Shown: positions 1 through 8,671, counted from the stretch's first letter. The stretch is DNA of 32,000 nt from Methanopyrus kandleri AV19 (GCF_000007185.1 NC_003551.1:1320001-1352000), one strand, 5' to 3'. Notes: generated by a model not told the origin, from the sequence alone. Numbers and translations: made by a program.

Positions 1-1555
1 GCGCGAGCAGGAGGGCCACCGACAGGTCGGGGGCGTAGCTGGACAGGTACTGCCTGGCGATCAGGAACCCGCTTATACCCATGGCCTCGCACCCGACCAG
101 TCCCACACCCACGGTCCCCACACCCAGCGCGCCCCGCCTGGCGGTCGCGACGTCCTTCAGGTCGTTGCAGCTCTCGAGCCTCCTGAACTCGACGCCGAGA
201 CGGCCGTCCCTCCTGAGTCTCCTGAGCCCTTCGATGATCCTGTCCACGAGCGTCTCCGCCCTGTCCAGGAACGCGATCCTGTGCCGTCGGAGGTCGAGCC
301 TCGTCAGGATCTCCAGGATCAACCCCACGTCCTTCTCCTTCCGCAGGTACAGTGGCAGCAGGTAAGCGCGCCACTCGCCGGACGCCTCCACCGAGACGCG
401 AACCGACGGTCTCTCCAGCACGGGGCGGTTGGCGATCACCACGTACGCCCCGGGCAACCCGTAGTACTCGCCCAGCATCAGCTCGAGCGCCTTCTCCACC
501 GAGTCGACCTCCGGTGCGAAGACGACCCCGCCACCGGTGGCGAGCGCGATCCAACCGCCGATACCGACCTCCTCACCCGTTCTCACCGCGTGATCCAGCT
601 CGAGGAGGGCCCGCACGACCCTTACGCGTCCTTTACCCTTAACGCTCTCGATCCACTCCTCCAAGCGGCTCTCGACGACCTCACGGACCTTCTCGGCGTA
701 GTCCCCGAACACGACGTCCCGGAGCTTCCCCCTGGTATCCTCGCTCGGGTTACGGTCCAGGGCCGCCCAGACCGTGCTCAGGTGGACGAGCCGGCCACCC
801 AACGACTCTCTCAACGAGTCGCGCACGATGCCCTCCTTGACCTCCGCCAGGAGCGATCGGACGAGGCCGTGGTGGGCGTCGTCCAGGACCACCAACGACC
901 CGCTCAGGACCTCGCGGAGCCTGTCGACGCTCATGTGAGGTTCCTCACCCTCCTCCCGCATGGCCCGCTCGCGCGATTCGACGAACCGGGGTAGGTCCCC
1001 GAGCTTACGGTAGGTCAGCAGGACGACGCCGCGTTTCACCTTCCTGGCTCCGACCATGAAGTTGTGATCCCTGACCACGTCGCAATCGCCGCACCGCTCC
1101 CAGGTGCACGGGCCCTCCACGTACTCGCGAAGACGCTCGAAGTAACCCCAACGCCCGAGCTCCATCGGGTCCCCGTCGGCGCGTCTGTACACCTCTTCGT
1201 AGAACTCGGGGGTACACTTGGGCAAACTGGAGAGTTTCGGATCTTCTCCGAAGTTCTTCAGGAACTCGCTCACGGGTATCTCGCACTCGTAGTCACCGAG
1301 ATCCTTCAACCGGAGGACGTCGGAGGAGCCCGAGAGCTTGTCCCTCAAGACCCGCTCGACGTCGTCCAGGAGCGGCTCGGGGGCGACGTAGAAGCATATA
1401 TAGGACGCCTCCCCGGCCGTCAGCAGGTTCTCGACGACCCTACCGACCGTGTACGACTTCCCGACCCTCGAGGACGTTCCGCAATCCGGCATCCCCCACG
1501 CGACCGCCTCACCCCGGAGTGACGCGGAACGACGTCGCGATCCCGGGAAGGGCAC
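1..1555 (-). CDS. XPD/DinG-like superfamily 2 helicase-type protein with cysteine cluster (partial, runs off left edge)
   Basis: Open minus-strand frame missing from the ORF track because it has no stop inside the window. Reads ..GEAVAWGMPDCGTSSRVGKSYTVGRVVENLL.. (variant P-loop), then LPKC..CTWERCGDC (XPD/DinG FeS-like cysteines), VVLDDAHHG (DDAH motif II-like) and VRVVRALLELDHAV. Start tentative: GTG at 1555, or ATG at 1492. Confidence 0.6.
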   Translation of the reverse strand, partial: MPFPGSRRRSASLRGEAVAWGMPDCGTSSRVGKSYTVGRVVENLLTAGEASYICFYVAPEPLLDDVERVLRDKLSGSSDVLRLKDLGDYECEIPVSEFLKNFGEDPKLSSLPKCTPEFYEEVYRRADGDPMELGRWGYFERLREYVEGPCTWERCGDCDVVRDHNFMVGARKVKRGVVLLTYRKLGDLPRFVESRERAMREEGEEPHMSVDRLREVLSGSLVVLDDAHHGLVRSLLAEVKEGIVRDSLRESLGGRLVHLSTVWAALDRNPSEDTRGKLRDVVFGDYAEKVREVVESRLEEWIESVKGKGRVRVVRALLELDHAVRTGEEVGIGGWIALATGGGVVFAPEVDSVEKALELMLGEYYGLPGAYVVIANRPVLERPSVRVSVEASGEWRAYLLPLYLRKEKDVGLILEILTRLDLRRHRIAFLDRAETLVDRIIEGLRRLRRDGRLGVEFRRLESCNDLKDVATARRGALGVGTVGVGLVGCEAMGISGFLIARQYLSSYAPDLSVALLLA

Positions 1556-1838
1556 CCCCGTTATCCCGTAGGAAAATAATTGACCGACGACACCACGACG
1601 GACGCCGTCACGGGGGTGCCCGGCATCGAACGTCTCCGTATCCCGGCTCCCGACCCAGGGATCCCGCAGCCCGGGGGACCGGCGAAGGTGTCGTGACCGA
1701 CGTCCCGCCCGTTGGGGCGTCCGAACTGAAGGTGGGCCTCGGATCTAGAACGAACTGATGGGTGTAAGGGAGTAACGACCGAAGCCGACCCCGAAAAACG
1801 GTTAGTAACCTCGAAACGCTTCGACCGGTGGGAGCGGT

Positions 1839-2108
1839 TCACCCGAACAGGAACGACTCGACGAGAGCCTCGGCCTCCTCGTACTCGCCCTCGTCGAGCA
1901 ACTCCGAGAGGAGATCGGCGGGGTCGTACTCCGACCCGCTCTCCATGAGGACGAGAGCGTCCTCGAAGATCCTCCTCGCCTCGTCCAGCATCCTCAGGGC
2001 CTCGATCAGGTCGAGCGGACTCTCCGCGTCCAGGGCCGTCTCGACGGCCTCGTCCGCGAGTCGCTCCGACTCCCAGATCAGCTCCCAGGGGTCCAAACCG
2101 TTTTTCAC
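1839..2108 (-). CDS. small acidic helical hypothetical protein (89 aa)
   Basis: ORF MKNGLDPWELIWESERLADEAVETAL..; acidic composition typical of the real genes here; 4 nt overlap with the upstream ORF. Confidence 0.6.
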   Translation of the reverse strand: MKNGLDPWELIWESERLADEAVETALDAESPLDLIEALRMLDEARRIFEDALVLMESGSEYDPADLLSELLDEGEYEEAEALVESFLFG

Positions 2109-2365
2109 CCCCTCCCTCCGACGTCTTCCAGGGCCCGTTTGAGGGCGCGGCGGGCACTATCGTAGGCCTCGGTGCCGGGTTTCACTCCTTCCTGCTCCAG
2201 GTATCGCTCGAACCTCGCGATGAGCTCGAGGTTCACGGTCTCGCGCACGACCTCGTCGACCCGTCGGGACAGGCGCAGGAGCGCCCGTCCCGTGGCGGTG
2301 TCCTCGCCGACCCTCGCGGCCTCGCGCCTCAGATGTTTCCGGAGGCTGTTCATGACCCGGAGCAT
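2105..2365 (-). CDS. small helical hypothetical protein (86 aa)
   Basis: ORF MLRVMNSLRKHLRREAARVGEDTATGRALL..; translationally coupled (ATGA-type overlap) to the 1839..2108 ORF. Confidence 0.6.
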   Translation of the reverse strand: MLRVMNSLRKHLRREAARVGEDTATGRALLRLSRRVDEVVRETVNLELIARFERYLEQEGVKPGTEAYDSARRALKRALEDVGGRG

Positions 2366-2641
2366 CAGGTCCGGGTTCCGCGCCAGTGCCTTCCCGACGG
2401 CGTCCCGCCCACGGATCGCTCAGAGGTCCCGACCTGATGGCACGCTCGGACGGTAAAAGCGTTGCCATTCACCCCCGCGCCGGTGCCCGCGGACCCTCCG
2501 CCGTCGACCAGACCCGATCTTGTATGGTGCAGGAGCGAGGGCATAGTCGGGACTCAGGATGGCAAGGCTTTTATCTTAAGGCACTGTCTCATCATCGCTC
2601 CCATACAACTTAGATGCACCTGAAGGGACCATAAGCCGGGG

Positions 2642-3265
2642 TTGGTCGAGTCGCACGCTCACGTCCCGATACCCTCGGACCCCGTGGAACGGATCCGAGC
2701 CCTCCGGGTTCTACGGGAGGTGTACCGTCGCGGGAAGAAGCCGGGCTTCGAGGTGACCTACCGGACGGTGAGCGGGAGTACCTGCGGTCCGTACTACGTC
2801 GCGAGGTGGCGGAGGGACTCGAAGTTCAGACACGGTAGGACCCTCTACCTAGGCAAGCCCGAGAACGAGAGCGTTCGGTTCACCGAATGGCTGGTTTCAC
2901 TGGATCGAAGTGAGGTTCTGGAGCTCGCGCGACACCTCATGCGCAACCTCCGCTCCGTCCTCAAGACCCTCCTCACCGAGGTCTCGAGCCTCCCATACAA
3001 GAGGGCGAGATGTGTCCTGACCCGCGGGCTCGCGCTGGCCTTCGACGCCAGACCCTCGAACTCACCGCGAATCCGCGACCTCCTAGAAGAACTTCCCGAT
3101 CGACTCGAATCCTTCCTCGTGAGGACCCTCGGAGGCTGGCCCGCGCATTACTCCTCTCACTTGAACAAGATCATCCGTTCTCGAAGGAAATCCCTCGACG
3201 GGAGGCACGAGGTACCCGACGTACAACTCGAACTCGAACGCTGGAGGCTGAGGCACGACCGGTGA
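2642..3265 (+). CDS. hypothetical protein with DUF6788-like N-terminal signature
   Basis: TTG-start ORF of 207 aa; segment YRTVSGSTCGPYYVARWRRDSKFRHGRTLYLGKP resembles the G.YYY.....GK....YLGK pattern; TATA-like cttttatctt about 65 nt upstream. Confidence 0.55.
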   Translation: MVESHAHVPIPSDPVERIRALRVLREVYRRGKKPGFEVTYRTVSGSTCGPYYVARWRRDSKFRHGRTLYLGKPENESVRFTEWLVSLDRSEVLELARHLMRNLRSVLKTLLTEVSSLPYKRARCVLTRGLALAFDARPSNSPRIRDLLEELPDRLESFLVRTLGGWPAHYSSHLNKIIRSRRKSLDGRHEVPDVQLELERWRLRHDR

Positions 3266-3296
3266 ACGCCGGAGAAGGGCGTCGGACCGGCGCGGG

Positions 3297-3674
3297 TCAA
3301 TCGCCCCCGTCACCACCGTCCCCGTCGTCACCGTCTCCACCGTCACCCACGTCACCCACTCCGTCACCCGTGTCCTCGTGTAGACGGTCGAACCCCGAGA
3401 ACACCCACCCGACGGGAGACCCACCGAAGGCCAACTCGAACTCATCGTCATCTCGGTCGAAGATGGGGTGGATAACATCGTGTGATGATATCGTCGCGGC
3501 GACCCGTCCCCCCAACAGGGCGACCATCGGTACGTCGTCCTCCGGTTTACGACCCATCGGCACCACGACGCCGCGCAGGCGGTAACCCTCGGTCTCCCCT
3601 CGAGTCTCACGCGGAAGGTCACGAGACGTCCCCTCCCGGGCGAGCTCACGCATGTTCTCGTCCGACCCTACCAC
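3297..3674 (-). CDS. hypothetical protein with C-terminal Gly/Asp repeat tail
   Basis: 125 aa ORF ending GDGVGDVGDGGDGDDGDGGDGGD; acidic. Confidence 0.4.
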   Translation of the reverse strand: MVGSDENMRELAREGTSRDLPRETRGETEGYRLRGVVVPMGRKPEDDVPMVALLGGRVAATISSHDVIHPIFDRDDDEFELAFGGSPVGWVFSGFDRLHEDTGDGVGDVGDGGDGDDGDGGDGGD

Positions 3675-4157
3675 CCCCCAGGACCCTCCTCAGCGAGCCG
3701 CGACGCCCTTCGGCACTCCCCCGGACCACGAACTGGACCCCGGTCCTCAGGGAAACCGCGTCGTTTGGTACCTCTAGAAGCCCGGAGAGCCTCGAATCGA
3801 GCTCGTCCCGGGTGCCCCTCCCTTCGAAGGTGACGCCGACCAGGCCTCCCGTCGCCTCTACCACTTCGAGCGGATCACGTCGGCACACACCTCGTGCGAA
3901 CACGAGATCAGAAGCACGATCGATATCCGGGCCGTGAAGGGCGCCAATACCATCGCCACGACCGTGGGAAGTGACGGTACGATCGAAGGGGCCAGCAACA
4001 CGGCCGACAGCAGGAGGACGGGTGAGACCATCTCGAGTCTCCTGAGCCGTCGTGGGGCGCGTAACGTCCCCACGACGTCGGGCACCGTCGGACACTCCCC
4101 GACATGGTCGGTGGAATCACCCACGGTGGGGCGCGTACCCGACGGCCTTACCCCCAC
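3646..4157 (-). pseudogene. possible frameshifted remnant of a secreted or membrane protein
   Basis: One frame gives signal/TM-like MVSPVLLLSAVLLAPSIVPSLPTVVAMVLAPF..ISIVLLISCSHEV; an overlapping frame gives DPLEVVEATGGLVGVTFEGRGTRDELDSRLSGLLEVPNDAVSLRTGVQFVVRGS; neither is a convincing full gene alone. Confidence 0.25.
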
Positions 4158-4334
4158 GCGGTCGGACGCCCGCCCGGGAAAGATGGTAAACTGAAGTGTT
4201 TCCTTTTTAGATAAACCGGTTTCCGAATAGGATCTTAGGACTCGCCCGACGCCCTCGCTCGCCGAGGTTTACCATACAAGAGGAGAGGGGAGAGGACCGG
4301 ACCCGCCCGAGGGGCCGGATCGCAACGCGTGGGA

Positions 4335-4649
4335 TCAGAACCGGAGCCCCCGCACGCCCTCCGCGTCGACCCACCTGGCGACCCTGAGGCACCTCCGGCA
4401 CATCGGCACGACGATCAGGCTGTCACCCTCCTCGAAGTCCACGCGGGCGACGACCCTCCGGAGCACCCGAGCGTGCACCTCCGGCTCGGCGAGCAGCGCG
4501 TACGTCGAATACTGCAGCCTGAACGCCCCGTGGGACTCCAGAAGCTCGCGCAGCTTGCGGCGCTCGGCCTCCCCTCCCGGTTCCTTGAAGTCGTAGACGT
4601 AGAGGCGGAGGCGCGGGGACGGACCCCCCAGGACGCCCAAGGTCACCAC
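4335..4649 (-). CDS. cas2: CRISPR-associated endonuclease Cas2
   Basis: RLRLYVYDFKEPGGEAERRKLRELLESHGAFRLQYSTYALLAEPEVHARVLRRVVARVDFEEGDSLIVVPMCRRC: Cas2 ferredoxin-like pattern (N-terminal Y.YDF, R.KLRELLE..G..R.QYS, DSLIVVP). Likely GTG start at 4649 or 4646, 2-5 nt after the ago stop codon. Confidence 0.88.
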   Translation of the reverse strand: MVTLGVLGGPSPRLRLYVYDFKEPGGEAERRKLRELLESHGAFRLQYSTYALLAEPEVHARVLRRVVARVDFEEGDSLIVVPMCRRCLRVARWVDAEGVRGLRF

Positions 4650-4651
4650 CC

Positions 4652-6754
4652 TCAGACCGGCCAGGGCCGCTCCGAGACCGGGTCCCCAGGACCCACCGAG
4701 ACCCCGTACCTCGCGAGCCTCGACGCCCGATCGGCGTAGAGCACCGGTGCAGGCAGACGACTCCACGTCCCGGACGGGTTACCCCAGTTCGAGGCCGTGA
4801 GGTCATGGACCAGCCCGATCAGGTCCCCGTCGAGCTTATCGTCACGGCGGCGCAGCGCGATCGGCCTCGGGGTCCCGGGCTTCTTATCGCCCCGTCTCCG
4901 CGGCGTGTACGGTGAGCAGCATAGGTGGACGGTCGATCCGTCGAGCCGCACGTAGGCGCCCCTAGGCGCCCGCCACCCCTCCCCCTCGATCGCGTAGACG
5001 GTCGGGTCCGACTTGATCACCTCGACGACCGTCACGTCCAATCCCAGCTCCCGTCCGACCTCCCGGACTGCCTCCAGCTCCTCCCCAGGAACGGTCCCGT
5101 CCCTGAGGTAGACCACCCGATCCGAGTACTCCCGGGCCGTTTCCAGGACGATCTCGGCCGTCCTCCCCGACGTCTCGCCCCGCTCCCCCACGGGCACCGT
5201 GAACGTCCTCCCGTGCTCGATCAGGCCATCCTCATCGACCACGAAGCACGAGCAGCAGGCCCGGCCCTCGACCACGCGACCGCCCTCGACCTTCCTCGAG
5301 ACGTCCACGCCGACCACCGCGACGTCCTTCGGACCCGAGGTCGCCCTAACCGCGTACGGCTGACCCGCGTGCTTGCAGTGGATCCCGACCGCCAAAACCG
5401 TCGCCGCGTACTTCACGGTCTTCCCGTCGGAGAGGACGCGCTCCGTGAAGCACTGGACGAGCGGGTCCCTCCTCTTGACCCTCGCGTACGTCCGATCGTC
5501 GTCCGACAGCACCCCGACCAGCACCGGCCCGTCCGCGTCCCCCACCAAGTCCGGGAGGTCCACCGCGTCCGCGACTCTGACGTCACCGGCCTCCACGTCG
5601 TGACCGAGGAGGCGCCGCAGCCTCCCGACGACCAGCTCCAGCAGGCGCTCCAGGTCCCGCTCCGAGATCCCGGCGCGCCCCGGGAGCTCCCGATCGGCCA
5701 CCAGGTGGACGGCCTCCCCGTCCAGCTCGCCCGCACCCTCGTAGGGACCGTAGTTCCACAGGAGATCGTTCAACTCCGTCCGCTTACCACGTTTCTCCCC
5801 ACCCGCGACCACGGCCGGCGGTCGGACCCTCCGCGTGTCCGTGGACCCCGGGTGCTCCCTCACCTCCACCGCGACGTCCGGGAACCTCCGCCGGAACTCC
5901 CCGAGACCCCGATCCAGCAGGTACCGGCCGACCGAGACCCTGTCCGCGACCCCCAACCTGAAGTACTCCGTCACCGGGTGCACGGGTACCTGCCACCTCA
6001 GGACGTCATCCGGGTAGTGGAGAACACCACCGCCCACCTTGACCGTCACCACGACCTCCGGATCCACCTCCACGCCGTACCCGGACCAGTGCTCCCTCAA
6101 CCTCTCCAGGTCCCACCCGTCCTCGCCCTCCCATTCGTCGGCCGGGACGGCGTCCACGACCTTCAGCCTCCTACCCGTGAGCCCACCGTCAGTGGGGATC
6201 ACGTACGTCCCCGGGAGGACCCGCTCGGCCCACCCCACGCCCCGATCCCTCACCAGGTCCTTGAGCCGGACCCTCGAGATCGCCCTCGCCCTGGGATCCA
6301 CGGACAGGAGCACGGTACCGTCCCCGAGGGCCCTGGCGCGGACCTCGAGCCCCAGCCTCACCTCGACCGGACCGTACTCGCGACCCAGCGTCCTCAGGAC
6401 CCGATCCCTGACCTCCCTCCAGTTACCGAGCGCGTACACGCCCGGGATCCTCTCCCCGTCGAACCTCCCACCGTAACAGACCTCGAAGAAGTCCCGGTCG
6501 CACAACAGGGAGTACCCGGTGTCCAGCTCGAACCCGAGCCCCTCCAGGCCGAGGCGCAGGGCGGCCCGCACCGCGTAGGCCCTGGCGGTGGGGGACAGGT
6601 CATCCCAGCTCACGCGCTCGCCCCGATCTCCGGCCGAGTAGACGACGGTGTCCACCTGGAACGCGAACTCTCTCTCCCTCAAGTGGTCCTTCACGGCTCC
6701 GCGGGCGGCCCCTCGATCGTGGTAGTCCTCCCTACGGAGAACCTCGAAGTCCAT
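4652..6754 (-). CDS. ago: Long-type prokaryotic Argonaute (PAZ-MID-PIWI), about 700 aa
   Basis: PAZ-like LPGTYVIPTDGGLTGRRLKVVDAV..LERLREHWSGYGVEVDP..GVLHYPDDVL; MID-like TYARVKRRDPLVQCF..HCKHAGQPYAVRA; PIWI VAVVGVDVSRK, GERGE, VVYLRDGTVPGEE, RGAYVRL, GLVHDLTASNWG, LPAPVLYADRASRLA. ATG at 6754; GTG starts at 6766/6760 also possible. Confidence 0.93.
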   Translation of the reverse strand: MDFEVLRREDYHDRGAARGAVKDHLREREFAFQVDTVVYSAGDRGERVSWDDLSPTARAYAVRAALRLGLEGLGFELDTGYSLLCDRDFFEVCYGGRFDGERIPGVYALGNWREVRDRVLRTLGREYGPVEVRLGLEVRARALGDGTVLLSVDPRARAISRVRLKDLVRDRGVGWAERVLPGTYVIPTDGGLTGRRLKVVDAVPADEWEGEDGWDLERLREHWSGYGVEVDPEVVVTVKVGGGVLHYPDDVLRWQVPVHPVTEYFRLGVADRVSVGRYLLDRGLGEFRRRFPDVAVEVREHPGSTDTRRVRPPAVVAGGEKRGKRTELNDLLWNYGPYEGAGELDGEAVHLVADRELPGRAGISERDLERLLELVVGRLRRLLGHDVEAGDVRVADAVDLPDLVGDADGPVLVGVLSDDDRTYARVKRRDPLVQCFTERVLSDGKTVKYAATVLAVGIHCKHAGQPYAVRATSGPKDVAVVGVDVSRKVEGGRVVEGRACCSCFVVDEDGLIEHGRTFTVPVGERGETSGRTAEIVLETAREYSDRVVYLRDGTVPGEELEAVREVGRELGLDVTVVEVIKSDPTVYAIEGEGWRAPRGAYVRLDGSTVHLCCSPYTPRRRGDKKPGTPRPIALRRRDDKLDGDLIGLVHDLTASNWGNPSGTWSRLPAPVLYADRASRLARYGVSVGPGDPVSERPWPV

Positions 6755-6770
6755 CCGGACCCGAACAGCG

Positions 6771-7787
6771 TTAGACCTCCAGGGCATCCCACACAACCCC
6801 CACGTCCTCGGGGTCGAATTCGAGCGGCTCGGGCGGGGACTGACGCGAGACCCCGTCGCGGACCTCGCGGATCCGACGGTCGACCGCCTCGAGCAGGCCA
6901 CCCCGGACCCTGCTCAGGACGGTCAGGACCGGGGCCGACACGGCGTCGAGATCGCGCAGGAGGACCGCGTCTCCCTTCCACCTGAACATCTCCCTAGACA
7001 GCGAGCCGTCCAGGAAGCGGCGGAGCACGGGGACGTCCACGGCGAGCGCCCTCCACTCCTCCATCAGGTCCAGGATCAGCCCCGGCCGCCTCCCCCTGGG
7101 ACCGTGGAGGAACCCCAGGAACGGCTCGAGCCCCGCCGCCACCGTCCTCGAGAGCAGGACCGGCAACAGCACGCCCGCGTACCCGAAGCTGATCGCCGCG
7201 TTGAACGGGTCCCTCGGGGGACGCCTCGTCCTCCTCCCGGAGAACGCCCAGTCGGGTAGGACCTCCGCCAGGGCCCGGAAGTACCGGCAGGCCGCCCTCC
7301 CCTCGTAACCGCGCAGCGCGTCGGTGGAACCCGCGTTCAGCGCCCTCTCGGCCTCGGACCTCACCTCATCAGCCGCGTCCTCTAATCCGGTGATCCCGGT
7401 CTCATTGGCTAGGAACTCGAGGACCGCGGCCCTGGCCAGGATCGAGGAGGCGATCAGCGGACGGGCGAAGGCGAGACGCGCCGACGGTTGTGAGGCGATC
7501 TCGTACTGCTTCAACCTCAGGGTCGCGTACCGCTCCGAGAACGGTACGGTCACGCCCAGGATCCGGTTCCCTCCGAGGTACACTATCGGGACCTCGTTTC
7601 TGAGCGCTAACCGCACGGCCTGGGTCGTGATCTGGGCTCCACCCGCGATGATTATCCCGGTAGTACGGACCGCTGAGTACTTGCTCTTCCCGATCCGAAA
7701 CGCGTCTTCTCTCCTCTCGATCTTACCCCTTCTCAGGAAGATCACGGTGTCGTTCGGGGCGCCCATATCGGACACCCCACCGTCCAA
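6771..7787 (-). CDS. cas1: CRISPR-associated endonuclease Cas1
   Basis: 338 aa with Cas1 signatures: VPIVYLGGNRILGV, EGRAACRYFRALAEVLPDWAFSGRRTRRPPRDPFNAAISFGYAGVLL, AAGLEPFLGFLHGPRGRRPGLILDLMEEWR. Confidence 0.97.
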   Translation of the reverse strand: MDGGVSDMGAPNDTVIFLRRGKIERREDAFRIGKSKYSAVRTTGIIIAGGAQITTQAVRLALRNEVPIVYLGGNRILGVTVPFSERYATLRLKQYEIASQPSARLAFARPLIASSILARAAVLEFLANETGITGLEDAADEVRSEAERALNAGSTDALRGYEGRAACRYFRALAEVLPDWAFSGRRTRRPPRDPFNAAISFGYAGVLLPVLLSRTVAAGLEPFLGFLHGPRGRRPGLILDLMEEWRALAVDVPVLRRFLDGSLSREMFRWKGDAVLLRDLDAVSAPVLTVLSRVRGGLLEAVDRRIREVRDGVSRQSPPEPLEFDPEDVGVVWDALEV

Positions 7788-7805
7788 AGAAGGTAGGTTA
7801 CGGGT

Positions 7806-7862
7806 TGATATTATTTACGCCTTAGTTTGACGAAAATATCAGTATATATATTATTTTTATGA
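7806..7862 (-). promoter_or_regulatory. candidate TATA/BRE-type promoter region of the cas1-ago-cas2 operon
   Basis: Very AT-rich gatattatttac and agtatatatattattttta stretches 20-75 nt upstream of the cas1 start in an otherwise GC-rich sequence. Confidence 0.4.
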
Positions 7863-8310
7863 ACGATTTCTCGGCGCTCAAGCCTTGAAACCGGGGAATT
7901 CGAGGTGCGGTGATCGCCTGGGATCGGGATCGATTAACGCAAACAGCTTATATTGACCGGACATATGCTCGCGTCGCGGCGCGTTCCTAGGACATGATTA
8001 CACCAGCGTACAGGACGCTGAAAGGTTGGCAACTACGCTCGGAAGCCCTGCCTGTCGACCCCGATGGCTCTACACGCGCGGTACGACGGATCGACGGACT
8101 CCGGGCGTCTTCGGGTTCGAGACTTCCCGCCAACGACATCTTAGTGCCGAGCCCGGAGGCGGACAACGGCCCGAATCGTCACGTGTCACCGTAATCGCGT
8201 GAACGATCATCCTTGAACTATTATCCACACTATCTCGAGTTTAAACTGACACTAATTAGTTATAAAACGACTATAATTTTATTACTTAATAGAAATAAAG
8301 TTTTGAAACC

Positions 8311-8348
8311 TGTAATTACCTATTTTAACTATTAAGTTAATTGTAAGA
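8311..8348 (-). repeat. highly degenerate CRISPR repeat relic
   Basis: tgtaATTACCtaTtTTaactattaaGTTAATTGtaAGag aligns imperfectly with the array repeat. Confidence 0.35.
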
Positions 8349-8406
8349 GTTACGATTCTGACATCGAGGTCATGAAGCGTGCGATCGAAACCTCCGTACC
8401 TCGAGA

Positions 8407-8671
8407 GTTTCATTACCCATTTTATCACGGACGTCCACGGCACGTATCTTGCGCCGGGTTTCATTACCCATTTTATCGCGAGTTAATCGTGAGGCTCAGT
8501 GTGAGTTCTCGGATGAAGACTGAGAGATCGTTGAAGACTTTTTCGTTTCATTACCCGTATTATTGCGGGTTAATTGCGAGACTAGACCTATGTGCTCTGT
8601 TATAACCCATGCGTCGGTGGTCGTCATGTTACCCCGTTTCATTACCCGTATTATTGCGGGTTAATTGCGAG
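8407..8671 (-). CRISPR. small, partly degenerate CRISPR array
   Basis: Two identical 36-nt repeats GTTTCATTACCCGTATTATTGCGGGTTAATTGCGAG at 8545-8580 and 8636-8671 (55 nt spacer), a 6-mismatch copy at 8458-8493 (51 nt spacer to the next), and a truncated copy at 8407. Reverse complement ends ..AATGAAAC, typical of the 3' end of an archaeal repeat, so crRNA is probably minus-strand. Confidence 0.85.

Noticed and set aside
281-994. Plus-strand ORF of 237 aa at the left edge
   Set aside because: Antisense to the open XPD/DinG-like frame, which has recognisable motifs and acidic composition
4925-6985. Long plus-strand ORF (686 aa) antisense to ago/cas1
   Set aside because: Composition (Pro/Arg/His-rich, low complexity) is typical of antisense frames in GC-rich coding DNA; the minus strand has clear Argonaute motifs
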